Assembly: GCA_918234285.1 (NCBI GenBank)
Contig: CAKJXZ020000044.1
Location: forward strand, 1 to 30,249
Origin: Pseudomonadota bacterium
Lineage (GTDB): Bacteria > Pseudomonadota > Alphaproteobacteria > RF32 > CAG-239
DNA: 30,249 nucleotides
Direction: 5' to 3'
This document shows, one piece after another, positions 1 through 8,316 of the stretch. Within the stretch, counting starts at the first letter, position 1, and each line of letters starts with the position of its first letter. A model generated the notes under the pieces. It searched no databases. It was not told the DNA's origin and saw only the letters and a program-made list of their open reading frames with translations. A program made the translations under genes and the position numbers.

Positions 1-124
1 GAATATAATCTTTCCTGTCTTGTACGATATGAAATACCCCGTCTACGTTGTATAGAGAAGTCTTTTCTTTTTTCTCGCCGCCGGTTATTTTATCTTTTAA
101 TTGTTGTATCAGGTTTTTGGCCAT
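1..124 (-). CDS. 5' part (41 codons, runs off the window) of a tandem paralogue of the LRR gene at 137..1366
   Basis: ATG at 124 reads MAKNLIQQLKDKITGGEKKEKTSLYNVDGVFHIVQDRKDYI. 1..124 matches 1243..1366 at 123/124 nt. A GGAG RBS lies in the 12-nt gap after the upstream TAG (GAATAGGGAGTTGCAACTATG). Confidence 0.9.
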   Translation of the reverse strand, partial: MAKNLIQQLKDKITGGEKKEKTSLYNVDGVFHIVQDRKDYI

Positions 125-136
125 AGTTGCAACTCC

Positions 137-1366
137 CTATTCCCGTTCCTCGGCTTTCATTTTCTTAAACGCGGCATAACCGGCTCTGTGTTGAGCTTGC
201 TTTGCTTCGTCTTCTTGTGCTCGGTTCTCGTGTTTTTTCTGCCGGATTTTATAAGCGGACAACTCACTTTGGTATTTTACGCTGGCAATCAGGTTTTTAT
301 AAAGGGTATAATTTGATTCCGTGTCGTGATCAATTATTTTTACACAATTGTATTTTTCTATAAACTCTTCATCGCAATATATTTTTTGGTATTCCGTCAT
401 TTTGGATAATCCTACCAAAGAGGATAAACCATCATTTGTTCTGCAATCAAAATTTCCGCCGACTTCTTGCGGCGATTCTTGTAAAGATGTCAGTTTATTA
501 TCATAACAACAAAAATCCTTTTTAACCTTTTGCGGCGCTCCCTGTAAAGAGGTCAGTTGATTATGGTTACACCAAAAATTTCCTCCGACTTCTTGCGGTG
601 CTCCGGTCAAGGTGGTAAGTTGATTATTATCGCACTCAAAATTTCCGCCGACTTTTTGCGGTGCTCCGGTCAGGGAAGTTAGTTTGTTATTATCGCAATC
701 AAATTTTCCGCCGACTTTTTGCGGCGCTCCTTGTAAGGTGGTCAGCTGATTATTGTAGCAATAAAAATCTCCGCCGACTTCTCGCGGTGAACCTTTTAAT
801 GAAGTCAACTGATTATTACTGCAACTAAAATAGCTTACTTCTTGCGGGGCTCCTTCTAAGGTAGTCAGTTGATTGTTGCTACACCGTAAACTCTTTACTT
901 TTTGCGGAACTCCTTCTAAGGTGGTCAGCTGATTATTATTGCAATCAAACCACCTACCGACTTTCAGGGGGGCACCTTTTAATGATGTCAGTTTATTGTA
1001 GGAACATTCAAAACTTCCGCCGACTTCCTGCGGCGCACCTTGTAAGGTGGTCAGTTTATTGCTGTAACATTTAAAATCTCCGCCGACTTTTTGTGGCGAT
1101 CCCTCTAAGGATGTTAGCAGATTTTTGTAGCAATTAAAATCACCTTTCACAATAACCTTGGATAAATCCGGCAACTCGGTTAAACCTTTACGGCTTAAAT
1201 CCAAATTGCCTTTGATCACAAACCCGGCCGGCAAATTGGTAAGAATATAATCTTTCCTGTCTTGTACGATATGAAATACCCCGTCTACGTTGTATAGAGA
1301 AGTCTTTTCTTTTTTCTCGCCGCCGGTTATTTTATCTTTTAATTGTTGTATCAGGTTTTTCGCCAT
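137..1366 (-). CDS. Leucine-rich-repeat protein, 409 aa, with ~21-aa LTSLxGAPQxVGGxFxCxxNx repeats
   Basis: 11 tandem units at residues 84-313 fit the LRR core (VxxFxCxxNxLxxL). There is an N-terminal cap, a charged helical C-terminus and no signal peptide. Confidence 0.88.
   Translation of the reverse strand: MAKNLIQQLKDKITGGEKKEKTSLYNVDGVFHIVQDRKDYILTNLPAGFVIKGNLDLSRKGLTELPDLSKVIVKGDFNCYKNLLTSLEGSPQKVGGDFKCYSNKLTTLQGAPQEVGGSFECSYNKLTSLKGAPLKVGRWFDCNNNQLTTLEGVPQKVKSLRCSNNQLTTLEGAPQEVSYFSCSNNQLTSLKGSPREVGGDFYCYNNQLTTLQGAPQKVGGKFDCDNNKLTSLTGAPQKVGGNFECDNNQLTTLTGAPQEVGGNFWCNHNQLTSLQGAPQKVKKDFCCYDNKLTSLQESPQEVGGNFDCRTNDGLSSLVGLSKMTEYQKIYCDEEFIEKYNCVKIIDHDTESNYTLYKNLIASVKYQSELSAYKIRQKKHENRAQEDEAKQAQHRAGYAAFKKMKAEERE
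428..1117 (-). repeat. Intragenic tandem repeat, 11 units (8 x 63 bp, 2 x 60 bp, 1 x 66 bp)
   Basis: Blocks such as ttccgccgacttyttgcgg and taaggtggtcag recur on the + strand at 60-63 nt spacing and match the protein repeats. Confidence 0.92.
1243..1366. repeat. Direct repeat of 1..124
   Basis: Offset 1242 nt. One mismatch (1361 C vs 119 G), which is synonymous in codon 2 (GCG/GCC). Confidence 0.97.
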
Positions 1367-1396
1367 GATCTATCTCTCTGTTATTGTCTTTGTATT

Positions 1397-1425
1397 AACA
1401 TAACAGAAAATATCGCAAAACGCAA
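1397..1425 (-). promoter_or_regulatory. Putative sigma70 promoter of the LRR gene array
   Basis: Minus strand TTGCGT-N17-TATGTT with an extended -10 TG, about 30 nt upstream of the ATG at 1366. Confidence 0.45.
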
Positions 1426-1462
1426 CAAAATTTTATACAAAAATGACAAATAAAAACGGTTT

Positions 1463-4400
1463 TTACAGTTCGTCTTCGCCGTCGCCAAAGTTCTTGTTAT
1501 ACCACTCTTTCATCGAGTTCGGGCTCAAAATTGAGAGTGAATTGACATCAACCTTGACATCTTTGGCCGAACCTTCGGCTTTATAATCGGCTGCAAAAAT
1601 GGTGCCGTCTTTGCTGGCAAGCAGATTGCCAACCACCGGAATCTTGCCTAAAAAGCGATTGAGGCTGTATGCCGGCGCCACCACCCCGTGAATCTTCACT
1701 TCATCGGTGGCGCGATTGTATTGGCCGATGGCGGTCAGGCCGACTACATTCCCCTCCGCTTTGGCGTGCTTTAATTTCAGAATCTTATAATGATATTCAA
1801 ACGGCGCGCTGAAATGCGTAAAGGTCAGACCGTCGCCCTTCAACAAATCAAGCATTCCGGTAAACGAGGCCACCGACAGAATCTTGGCTACTACCGGCGC
1901 ATTCTGAATACTGAAATCGCGCACTATGGCATGGCCGATAAACTTTTTGTTCAGCTCTCGCCGCGCTTCCAGTTTCAGCGTTCCGCCCACCATATTTTCG
2001 TATAAGCGCAACACCTTGAGAGTACCGCCGGCGTTATTACTCTCTACCGACAGATAGTGCTCTTTATTGGCACGCGGCATATAACTCAAATTAAGCTTAA
2101 TCGACTTGTCGATACCGAAGTTGCCGACCATATTCAGTTCATCAATGCCGATACCGTGACGCAGCTTGGCGTTGCCGGTAAAGTTTTGAATCGGCGTGGT
2201 ATCATTGGTCCACAAACTACCCACCGCAATATTGACGTCGGTATTATTGAGCTTTTCCAAGCCGTCGTCCTCATTTTCCTGCGTCGGAGTAGTATTCTTG
2301 TCGGTATCGCTCTTGTCGTCGATTTTATCAAACAGCGGGCGCAAATCATAGCTTTCGCCGCTGACGTTGATTTTGTAGCTCGGATTATCGCTGTCGCTCA
2401 TGCCGACTTTGGCGCTGGCGGTTGTCCGCGGCGCGCTGATTTTACCAATATTTATCTCTTTTACGCGGCCGCTGGCATACATTCCGATATTGCCGCTGAC
2501 CGCAAAGCCGGGCTTTAACAAGCTCAGGTTGGAAACAGACGTAACCTTGTTGTTTTTAACATTGACTTTGGCCTTTATCTCCGCCTGTTCACCGGCCGCT
2601 TTTACCAACCCCATATAGGCATAATCCATCTTAGTTTTCTGTAAATCAGCTCTGACATCGATTTCCGTCAGATTATTTTCGCGTACCACGATATCGGCAT
2701 TAACCATGGCCGCACCTTCAAAATACGGAGTTTGCAGAATTTTGGCATCAAGCCCGAGTTTTTTCCGCGCCTTTTCATCAAACGCAAACGAAACATGGCA
2801 ACGACTTTTATATTTTTTATCGGCAAATTTTTCATCCATCGCCAATTTTACCGGAATTTCATCAAACTGCCCGTCGCCGCTTAAATGCCAACCGCCGGAA
2901 TTAACCTTTAACTTCATTTCGTCGGCGGTAATTTTATGCGGGTCGGCTATCCCGTTCAGCACGATGTTATGCAAATCTGCCGACACATCGACCTTTATGT
3001 CTTTGGTGTCCAAATCTTGCCGCAGTTCAAAATCCAATCCCAGTTTAACATCAACGTTGCCCTTAATCTTGTCCGGCTCCAACCCCATTTGCGAAGTAAA
3101 CTCCAACGGCTTATTGTCTATCAGCTTCAGCGCATCCGTAACCGAAGCATTGCCGATTAAATCTATCGAGATGAAGTTGTCGTATTTATCCAAATCATAA
3201 ATATCAACCTTACCGCCGGTAATAATCACCCCGTCGCTCACACCCTTGTCGATATCAATCAAAATATTGTGTTCGGTAAATTTTGCCGTGCCGTAAACAT
3301 TGTGCACCACCGGCATACCTTCCAGATAGAACAAATCGCCGTCGCTCAAATGAGCCGTACCGTTAAGCGCCAACAGTCCCCAATCCTGAGTTTTGCGCCG
3401 ATAACCGAAGTCAAACATAAACGAAGCATTTTCGGCATAACCGCCGATAAGACCGTCCTTGCACCATTCCCAAGCCGGTTCTGCTAAGTATCGCGGCCAA
3501 AAACGCGACAATTCTTCAAACGGGAATTTATCGACTTTTACGTTGAAACGCATGGCCGTATCTTGCAGTGTCTGCTCCAAATAAAACGTTTCCATACCGC
3601 TGATATCGACGCTGATATTTGCCTTTTGTCCGCCCATTTTAAGTTCAGCATTATCAATATGAATTTCATCAATACCGCCCACCATTTTGCCTTCAAGCAA
3701 CAACTCATCAATATCATAATTATATTTTTCATCGCCGTTAAAGGAAATATAGCCGTGTCCGCCATCCAATTCGAACACAATTTTTTCAACCGCTCCGTCA
3801 ATATAATCCTGCACCTCGGACGGATGCTCTAACACATCGGTCAATTTCAGGGTGGTACTGACTTTACCGTTAACCGGTACTTCAATCGACATCATCGAAA
3901 AAATATTTTCTTCGGTGGTTTCGTTAAAAGTGCTCATAAAGTCGGAAATTACCAAATCGGAAAAATAAATTTCCATATCCAGCGTATCCGATGACGCATG
4001 ATATTCGCTCTCAAAACCGACCGAAGCGATTTTTTCGTTGATGTTGACCAGGGCGTTGGCATTTATTTCCATATTTATCAGCTTGCGATTAAACTCAAAA
4101 TTCACGTCGGAAAGCACCCACTGCCGACCATAGTCAACCTCGTTGAATTCAAGCTCGCCGCCGGTTATCGCAATATTGTTAACATAGCTTTCCGGGTAGA
4201 TTTTATCGTCGGAGTTATAATTATCCAAAAACTCTTTCATCCGTTCCACGTAGAACTGCAATTTTTTACGGTTTCCCTCGTGTTTGGTTTCTTCTTCCAA
4301 GCCGTATGAGGCGTAAATGTAAGCGGTCGGATTTATCAAACTGACATCACTCGGCGCGATAATACCTTTCATCAATGCCCGCAGACTGAATGAGAGATAC

Positions 4401-4696
4401 AATTTCGGTGCTTCAATGCTCATGGTATCGTCTTTTTTGGTAACAGCCACATTGTTAGCTGTTACCCTGAGTGGTTGAATCGAGCGCACCAATTCAATAT
4501 TAACGTCGCCGATTTCTATTTTGTAATCGTTCTCGTCATAGTTTAAGGCTTGCACAATATACGGCTTCAAATACGGCACCGATATTGGCCCTTTATACAA
4601 AGTCCACATCAGCAACAGAAAAATAATAAACAGGCCGACGAAAAACCAGTCTATCATTTTTTTGAAAAAATATGCTCGTGCCGATATTTTTTTCAT
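1463..4696 (-). CDS. AsmA-like / YhdP family (DUF3971, AsmA_2) envelope bridge protein, 1077 aa
   Basis: Single N-terminal TM helix followed by GPISVPYL, then a long beta-rich body with a RFWP...AWEW motif. The C-terminus PAYSLNRFLGKIPVVGNLL...GTIFAADY...VNSLSILSP is typical of AsmA_2. Confidence 0.8.
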   Translation of the reverse strand: MKKISARAYFFKKMIDWFFVGLFIIFLLLMWTLYKGPISVPYLKPYIVQALNYDENDYKIEIGDVNIELVRSIQPLRVTANNVAVTKKDDTMSIEAPKLYLSFSLRALMKGIIAPSDVSLINPTAYIYASYGLEEETKHEGNRKKLQFYVERMKEFLDNYNSDDKIYPESYVNNIAITGGELEFNEVDYGRQWVLSDVNFEFNRKLINMEINANALVNINEKIASVGFESEYHASSDTLDMEIYFSDLVISDFMSTFNETTEENIFSMMSIEVPVNGKVSTTLKLTDVLEHPSEVQDYIDGAVEKIVFELDGGHGYISFNGDEKYNYDIDELLLEGKMVGGIDEIHIDNAELKMGGQKANISVDISGMETFYLEQTLQDTAMRFNVKVDKFPFEELSRFWPRYLAEPAWEWCKDGLIGGYAENASFMFDFGYRRKTQDWGLLALNGTAHLSDGDLFYLEGMPVVHNVYGTAKFTEHNILIDIDKGVSDGVIITGGKVDIYDLDKYDNFISIDLIGNASVTDALKLIDNKPLEFTSQMGLEPDKIKGNVDVKLGLDFELRQDLDTKDIKVDVSADLHNIVLNGIADPHKITADEMKLKVNSGGWHLSGDGQFDEIPVKLAMDEKFADKKYKSRCHVSFAFDEKARKKLGLDAKILQTPYFEGAAMVNADIVVRENNLTEIDVRADLQKTKMDYAYMGLVKAAGEQAEIKAKVNVKNNKVTSVSNLSLLKPGFAVSGNIGMYASGRVKEINIGKISAPRTTASAKVGMSDSDNPSYKINVSGESYDLRPLFDKIDDKSDTDKNTTPTQENEDDGLEKLNNTDVNIAVGSLWTNDTTPIQNFTGNAKLRHGIGIDELNMVGNFGIDKSIKLNLSYMPRANKEHYLSVESNNAGGTLKVLRLYENMVGGTLKLEARRELNKKFIGHAIVRDFSIQNAPVVAKILSVASFTGMLDLLKGDGLTFTHFSAPFEYHYKILKLKHAKAEGNVVGLTAIGQYNRATDEVKIHGVVAPAYSLNRFLGKIPVVGNLLASKDGTIFAADYKAEGSAKDVKVDVNSLSILSPNSMKEWYNKNFGDGEDEL

Positions 4697-4698
4697 AT

Positions 4699-5821
4699 TT
4701 ATACCGCCCCGCTCTCCGTATCGGATTTAATTTTTTGTGCCAAAGCGGCCGATAAAAACAAATCGATATCTCCGTCCAGAACGGCCTTGCAATCGGCAGT
4801 TTCCGCCTCCGTACGCAGGTCTTTAATCAAGCGATACGGTTGCAACACATACGAGCGTATTTGATAGCCCCAGCCGTTATCGCCCTGATTATCTCTGGCA
4901 GTTTGCGCCGCATCGGCCTTCTTTTGCATTTCTATTTCATAAAGGCGTGCCCGCAGCATTTTCCAACAGTTATCGCGATTTTGGAACTGTGAGCGCTGAG
5001 TTTGGCTCGAAACAACAATACCGGTCGGAATATGCGTAATCCGCACCGCAGAATCGGTTTTGTTAATATGTTGTCCGCCGGCACCGCTGGCGCGATAGGT
5101 ATCAATCCGACAATCCGCCGGATTTATATCAATCTGAATATTATCATCAATCACCGGATATACGCCGATGGAGGCAAAACTGGTATGGCGTCGAGCCGCG
5201 CTGTCAAACGGCGAAATTCGCACCAAGCGATGTACACCGCTCTCCGATTTGAGCCAGCCGTATGCGTTTTTGCCGCTGATTTTTATAGTAGCGGATTTAA
5301 GGCCGGCCACATCGCCTTCAGTTTCTTCAATCAGTTCGGTTTTATATTGATGAGTTTCTGCCCAACGCGTATACATTCGGAGCAACATTTGCGCCCAATC
5401 CATCGCCTCGGTGCCGCCGCTGCCGGCGTGAACCTCCAAATAAGCATCGTTGCCGTCGGCTTCGCCCGAAAGCAGAGATTCCAACTCGGCGTGTTTGGTC
5501 TGTTGTTGTAGTTGCAACAGATTATTCATCAGTTCGCCCAACATAGCCTCATCGTTTTCCGCCTCGGCAAACTCTATCATCTCTTTATAATCATCTAAAG
5601 TCTGCGTATAACTTTCATATTGTGCCAGTTTGGCTTCCAACGTATTTTTTTCGCTCATCAGGCTTTGAGCTTTTTCCGGATTGTTCCATAAATCGGCATC
5701 GGCAGTCAAAGTTGCCAGTTCTTCGCGGCGCAACACAGCATTATCGTAGTCAAAGATACCTCCTCAGCAACGCCAAAGATTGCTCGACCTCTGTTACAAT
5801 GTTATAAAATTCCGCGCGCAT
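4699..5821 (-). CDS. prfB: Peptide chain release factor 2 (373 aa after a programmed +1 frameshift)
   Basis: SPF (RISPFDS) and GGQ motifs. The real start is ATG at 5821 (MRAEFYNIVTEVEQSLALLRRYL), followed by CTT TGA C and continuation in the frame of ORF 4699..5736. Confidence 0.97.
5749..5764 (-). promoter_or_regulatory. RF2 programmed +1 frameshift cassette
   Basis: Minus strand AGGAGG-TAT-CTT-TGA-C: an internal SD 3 nt before the slippery CTT TGA C. Confidence 0.97.
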
Positions 5822-8241
5822 TAATATTCTCCTCCCAGCTGCAGACTGCTGTTTTCGTTTTCCGGACCGGCTACGACCGAATTATCGTCACCGATAACCC
5901 GTTGCCGATTATAAAATTCAAAGTCAGGTTTCAAAGCCTCGATAATGGCGGCATTGTCCCCCGGTGCCGACGGTTTGCCGGTATACGGATTCACGCGCAC
6001 CAGTTTGATGCCGGCCGGAATACGGAAACTGGTATCCGGCGTGTCTTTCAGAGCTTCTTTCATAAAGTCATAGAAAATCGGCAAAGCGGCATGAGCACCG
6101 GTTTCGGCCATACCTAAACTTTCCGGCTCATCATAGCCGATGTAAACACCGGCCACCAAATCCGGCGAAAAACCGACAAACCAAGCATCTTTGGTTTCGT
6201 TGGTAGTACCGGTTTTGCCGGCCAAATGACGATGCAATCCGTTTAATTTGGCGCCGGTTCCGCGTACCGCCACACCTTCCAAAATAGAAGTCATTTGATA
6301 AGCAGAAAGCGGATCAACCACCTGTTCACGCACTACTTCAAAATCAGGTTCCGGCTGATTTTCCCACTTATCGGCGGCACAAGTCGGACACGGAGTTTGC
6401 TCGTGCTTATAAATGGTACGCCCTTTACGGTCTTGAATACGTTCAATCATATACGGCGGCACTTTTTTACCTCCGTTGACAATCACGCAATAGGCGCTGA
6501 CCATATTGATTACACGGGTATCGGCGGCACCCAAAGATGCCGACAGGTACGGTGGCAAATGGTCGTTAACGCCGACACGACGCGCCATATCGACAATTTT
6601 ATCCATACCGATATCCTGAGCCAGACGTACCGTCATCAGGTTTTTAGAAAGTTCGACACCGCGACGCAGAGTCATCAACCCGTAAAACTTTTTGGAGTAA
6701 TTCACCGGCTTCCATTTCGGCATTCCCACACCCTGATCAAGCACAAACGGCGCATCCAAAATCAAATCGGTCGGCGAATACCCCTGCTCCAAGGCTGTCA
6801 AATATACAAACGGCTTAAAACTGGAACCGGTTTGACGATAAGCCTGCGTGGCGCGGTTAAACTGCGACTTGGCAAACGAAAAACCGCCAACCAGAGCCAA
6901 AACCTTTCCGGTATGCGGGTCCATCACCGCCATACCGGCTTCGACTTCCGGAATTTGTCGCAGATTATAGTCGTTGGCCTTGGCATTTTTAGAGGTATCC
7001 TTTTCGGCATAAATGACGTCGCCTTTGTGCAAAACCTGTTCCATTTTGCTCGGCACCGGCCCCATATTTTTGCCTTTTTCCTTATAGCGCGCCCACTTGA
7101 CGGCAGAAAGCGGAATATTGCCGGTATTGCCGTCTATCGTTTCAATCTCGGCCTTATCGGCAGTAACATTCAGCACTACGGCTTTTTCCCAAGTCGGCTC
7201 TGCACCGGCGGTCAATATCGCATCTTTAAGGTTTTGCTTATAATTTTCATCGATATCGATATTGGCTTCGGCTCCGCGCCAACCATGGCGTAAATCGTAA
7301 TCTATCAAGCCTTTACGCACGGCACGCGTGGCGATTTCCTGCAAGCGAGGGTCTACCGTGGTACGCACGATTAAACCGCCCTGATACAACGCTTCGTCGC
7401 CGAAATTACGGCTGATGGTGCGGCGTACTTCCTCACTGTAATATTCGGTATCTTTCAAAAATCCGCTCTTGCGTTCCACCACTTCCAACGGCTTTTCTTT
7501 AGCTTCGGTTGCCGCCTGTTCGGTAATATAACCATCTTCAAGCATACGGTCGATAACCCAGTTACGACGAGCAACGGCCGCCTCGTACTTGGTTTTGGGA
7601 TTATAGTTGTTAGGTCCTTTCGGTAACGCCGCCAAAAAGGCAACTTCATGCAGTTCCAATTCGTCGAGCGATTTGCCAAAATAATTGATGGCGGCAGCGG
7701 CCACACCGTAAGCTCGATTACCTAAATAAATTTCATTCAAATAAAGTTCCAAAACATGTTCTTTGGAAAAAGCACGATTAATCCGCCGCGCCAAAATTGC
7801 TTCCTTGAGCTTACGCATATAAGAGAGCTCGGAACTGAGCAAAAAGTTTTTCGCTACCTGTTGTGTAATGGTAGAAGCGCCGGCCGGACGTTTCCCCGTT
7901 CCCATTTTGCGCAAATTACCCAAAGCGGCGCGGATAATACCGCTGTAATCAATACCGGAGTGCTTATAAAAATGCTTATCCTCCGCGGCAATAAATGCCT
8001 GTTTCACTAAATCCGGAATCTTCTCCTGCGGCACAAACAAACGCTTTTCGGCGGCATATTCCATCATAACCTGTCCGTCACCGGCAAATAATCTGGTAGT
8101 AACCGGTGGTTCGTAATTTTCCAACTGATGATAATCCGGAATCGTGATATTGATTTTTGCCATACCGTAAGTAATAACGATTATCAAAATGATAAGGCAA
8201 AAAAGGCCCAAGCTGGCCAAATAAGATAGCACTCTTAGCAT
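5821..8241 (-). CDS. mrcA: Penicillin-binding protein 1A (transglycosylase/transpeptidase)
   Basis: N-terminal TM helix. GT51 motifs EDKHFYKHSG, GASTITQQVAKN and RKLKE. Transpeptidase motifs SSFK, SKN and KTG. The stop overlaps the prfB start (TAATG). Confidence 0.94.
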   Translation of the reverse strand: MLRVLSYLASLGLFCLIILIIVITYGMAKINITIPDYHQLENYEPPVTTRLFAGDGQVMMEYAAEKRLFVPQEKIPDLVKQAFIAAEDKHFYKHSGIDYSGIIRAALGNLRKMGTGKRPAGASTITQQVAKNFLLSSELSYMRKLKEAILARRINRAFSKEHVLELYLNEIYLGNRAYGVAAAAINYFGKSLDELELHEVAFLAALPKGPNNYNPKTKYEAAVARRNWVIDRMLEDGYITEQAATEAKEKPLEVVERKSGFLKDTEYYSEEVRRTISRNFGDEALYQGGLIVRTTVDPRLQEIATRAVRKGLIDYDLRHGWRGAEANIDIDENYKQNLKDAILTAGAEPTWEKAVVLNVTADKAEIETIDGNTGNIPLSAVKWARYKEKGKNMGPVPSKMEQVLHKGDVIYAEKDTSKNAKANDYNLRQIPEVEAGMAVMDPHTGKVLALVGGFSFAKSQFNRATQAYRQTGSSFKPFVYLTALEQGYSPTDLILDAPFVLDQGVGMPKWKPVNYSKKFYGLMTLRRGVELSKNLMTVRLAQDIGMDKIVDMARRVGVNDHLPPYLSASLGAADTRVINMVSAYCVIVNGGKKVPPYMIERIQDRKGRTIYKHEQTPCPTCAADKWENQPEPDFEVVREQVVDPLSAYQMTSILEGVAVRGTGAKLNGLHRHLAGKTGTTNETKDAWFVGFSPDLVAGVYIGYDEPESLGMAETGAHAALPIFYDFMKEALKDTPDTSFRIPAGIKLVRVNPYTGKPSAPGDNAAIIEALKPDFEFYNRQRVIGDDNSVVAGPENENSSLQLGGEY

Positions 8242-8281
8242 ATAAACCCACTTAAAATAAACGTTCGAACTTTGAAAACGG

Positions 8282-8309
8282 ATTTTATTACAATTTGATA
8301 AAATTGCAA
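8282..8309 (-). promoter_or_regulatory. Putative sigma70 promoter for mrcA-prfB
   Basis: Minus strand TTGCAA-N16-TAAAAT in the amiC-mrcA gap. Confidence 0.4.
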
Positions 8310-8316
8310 TAACTAT

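Noticed and set aside
428-1117. CRISPR-like 60-63 bp periodicity
   Set aside because: The repeats are degenerate, in-frame and protein-coding, with no unique spacers and no cas genes.
428-1150. DGR-style adenine mutagenesis, since many variable codons are NNY relatives of AAY (GAT, TAT, AGT, CAT, TAC)
   Set aside because: No reverse transcriptase or template repeat is in the window. Units also differ at non-A positions (TGC/TGT, wobble sites) and the conserved Asn AAY codon is untouched. The amino-acid preference of LRR faces explains the pattern.
4699-5821. prfB as a pseudogene or truncated 345-aa ORF
   Set aside because: The in-frame TGA is the canonical programmed frameshift site.
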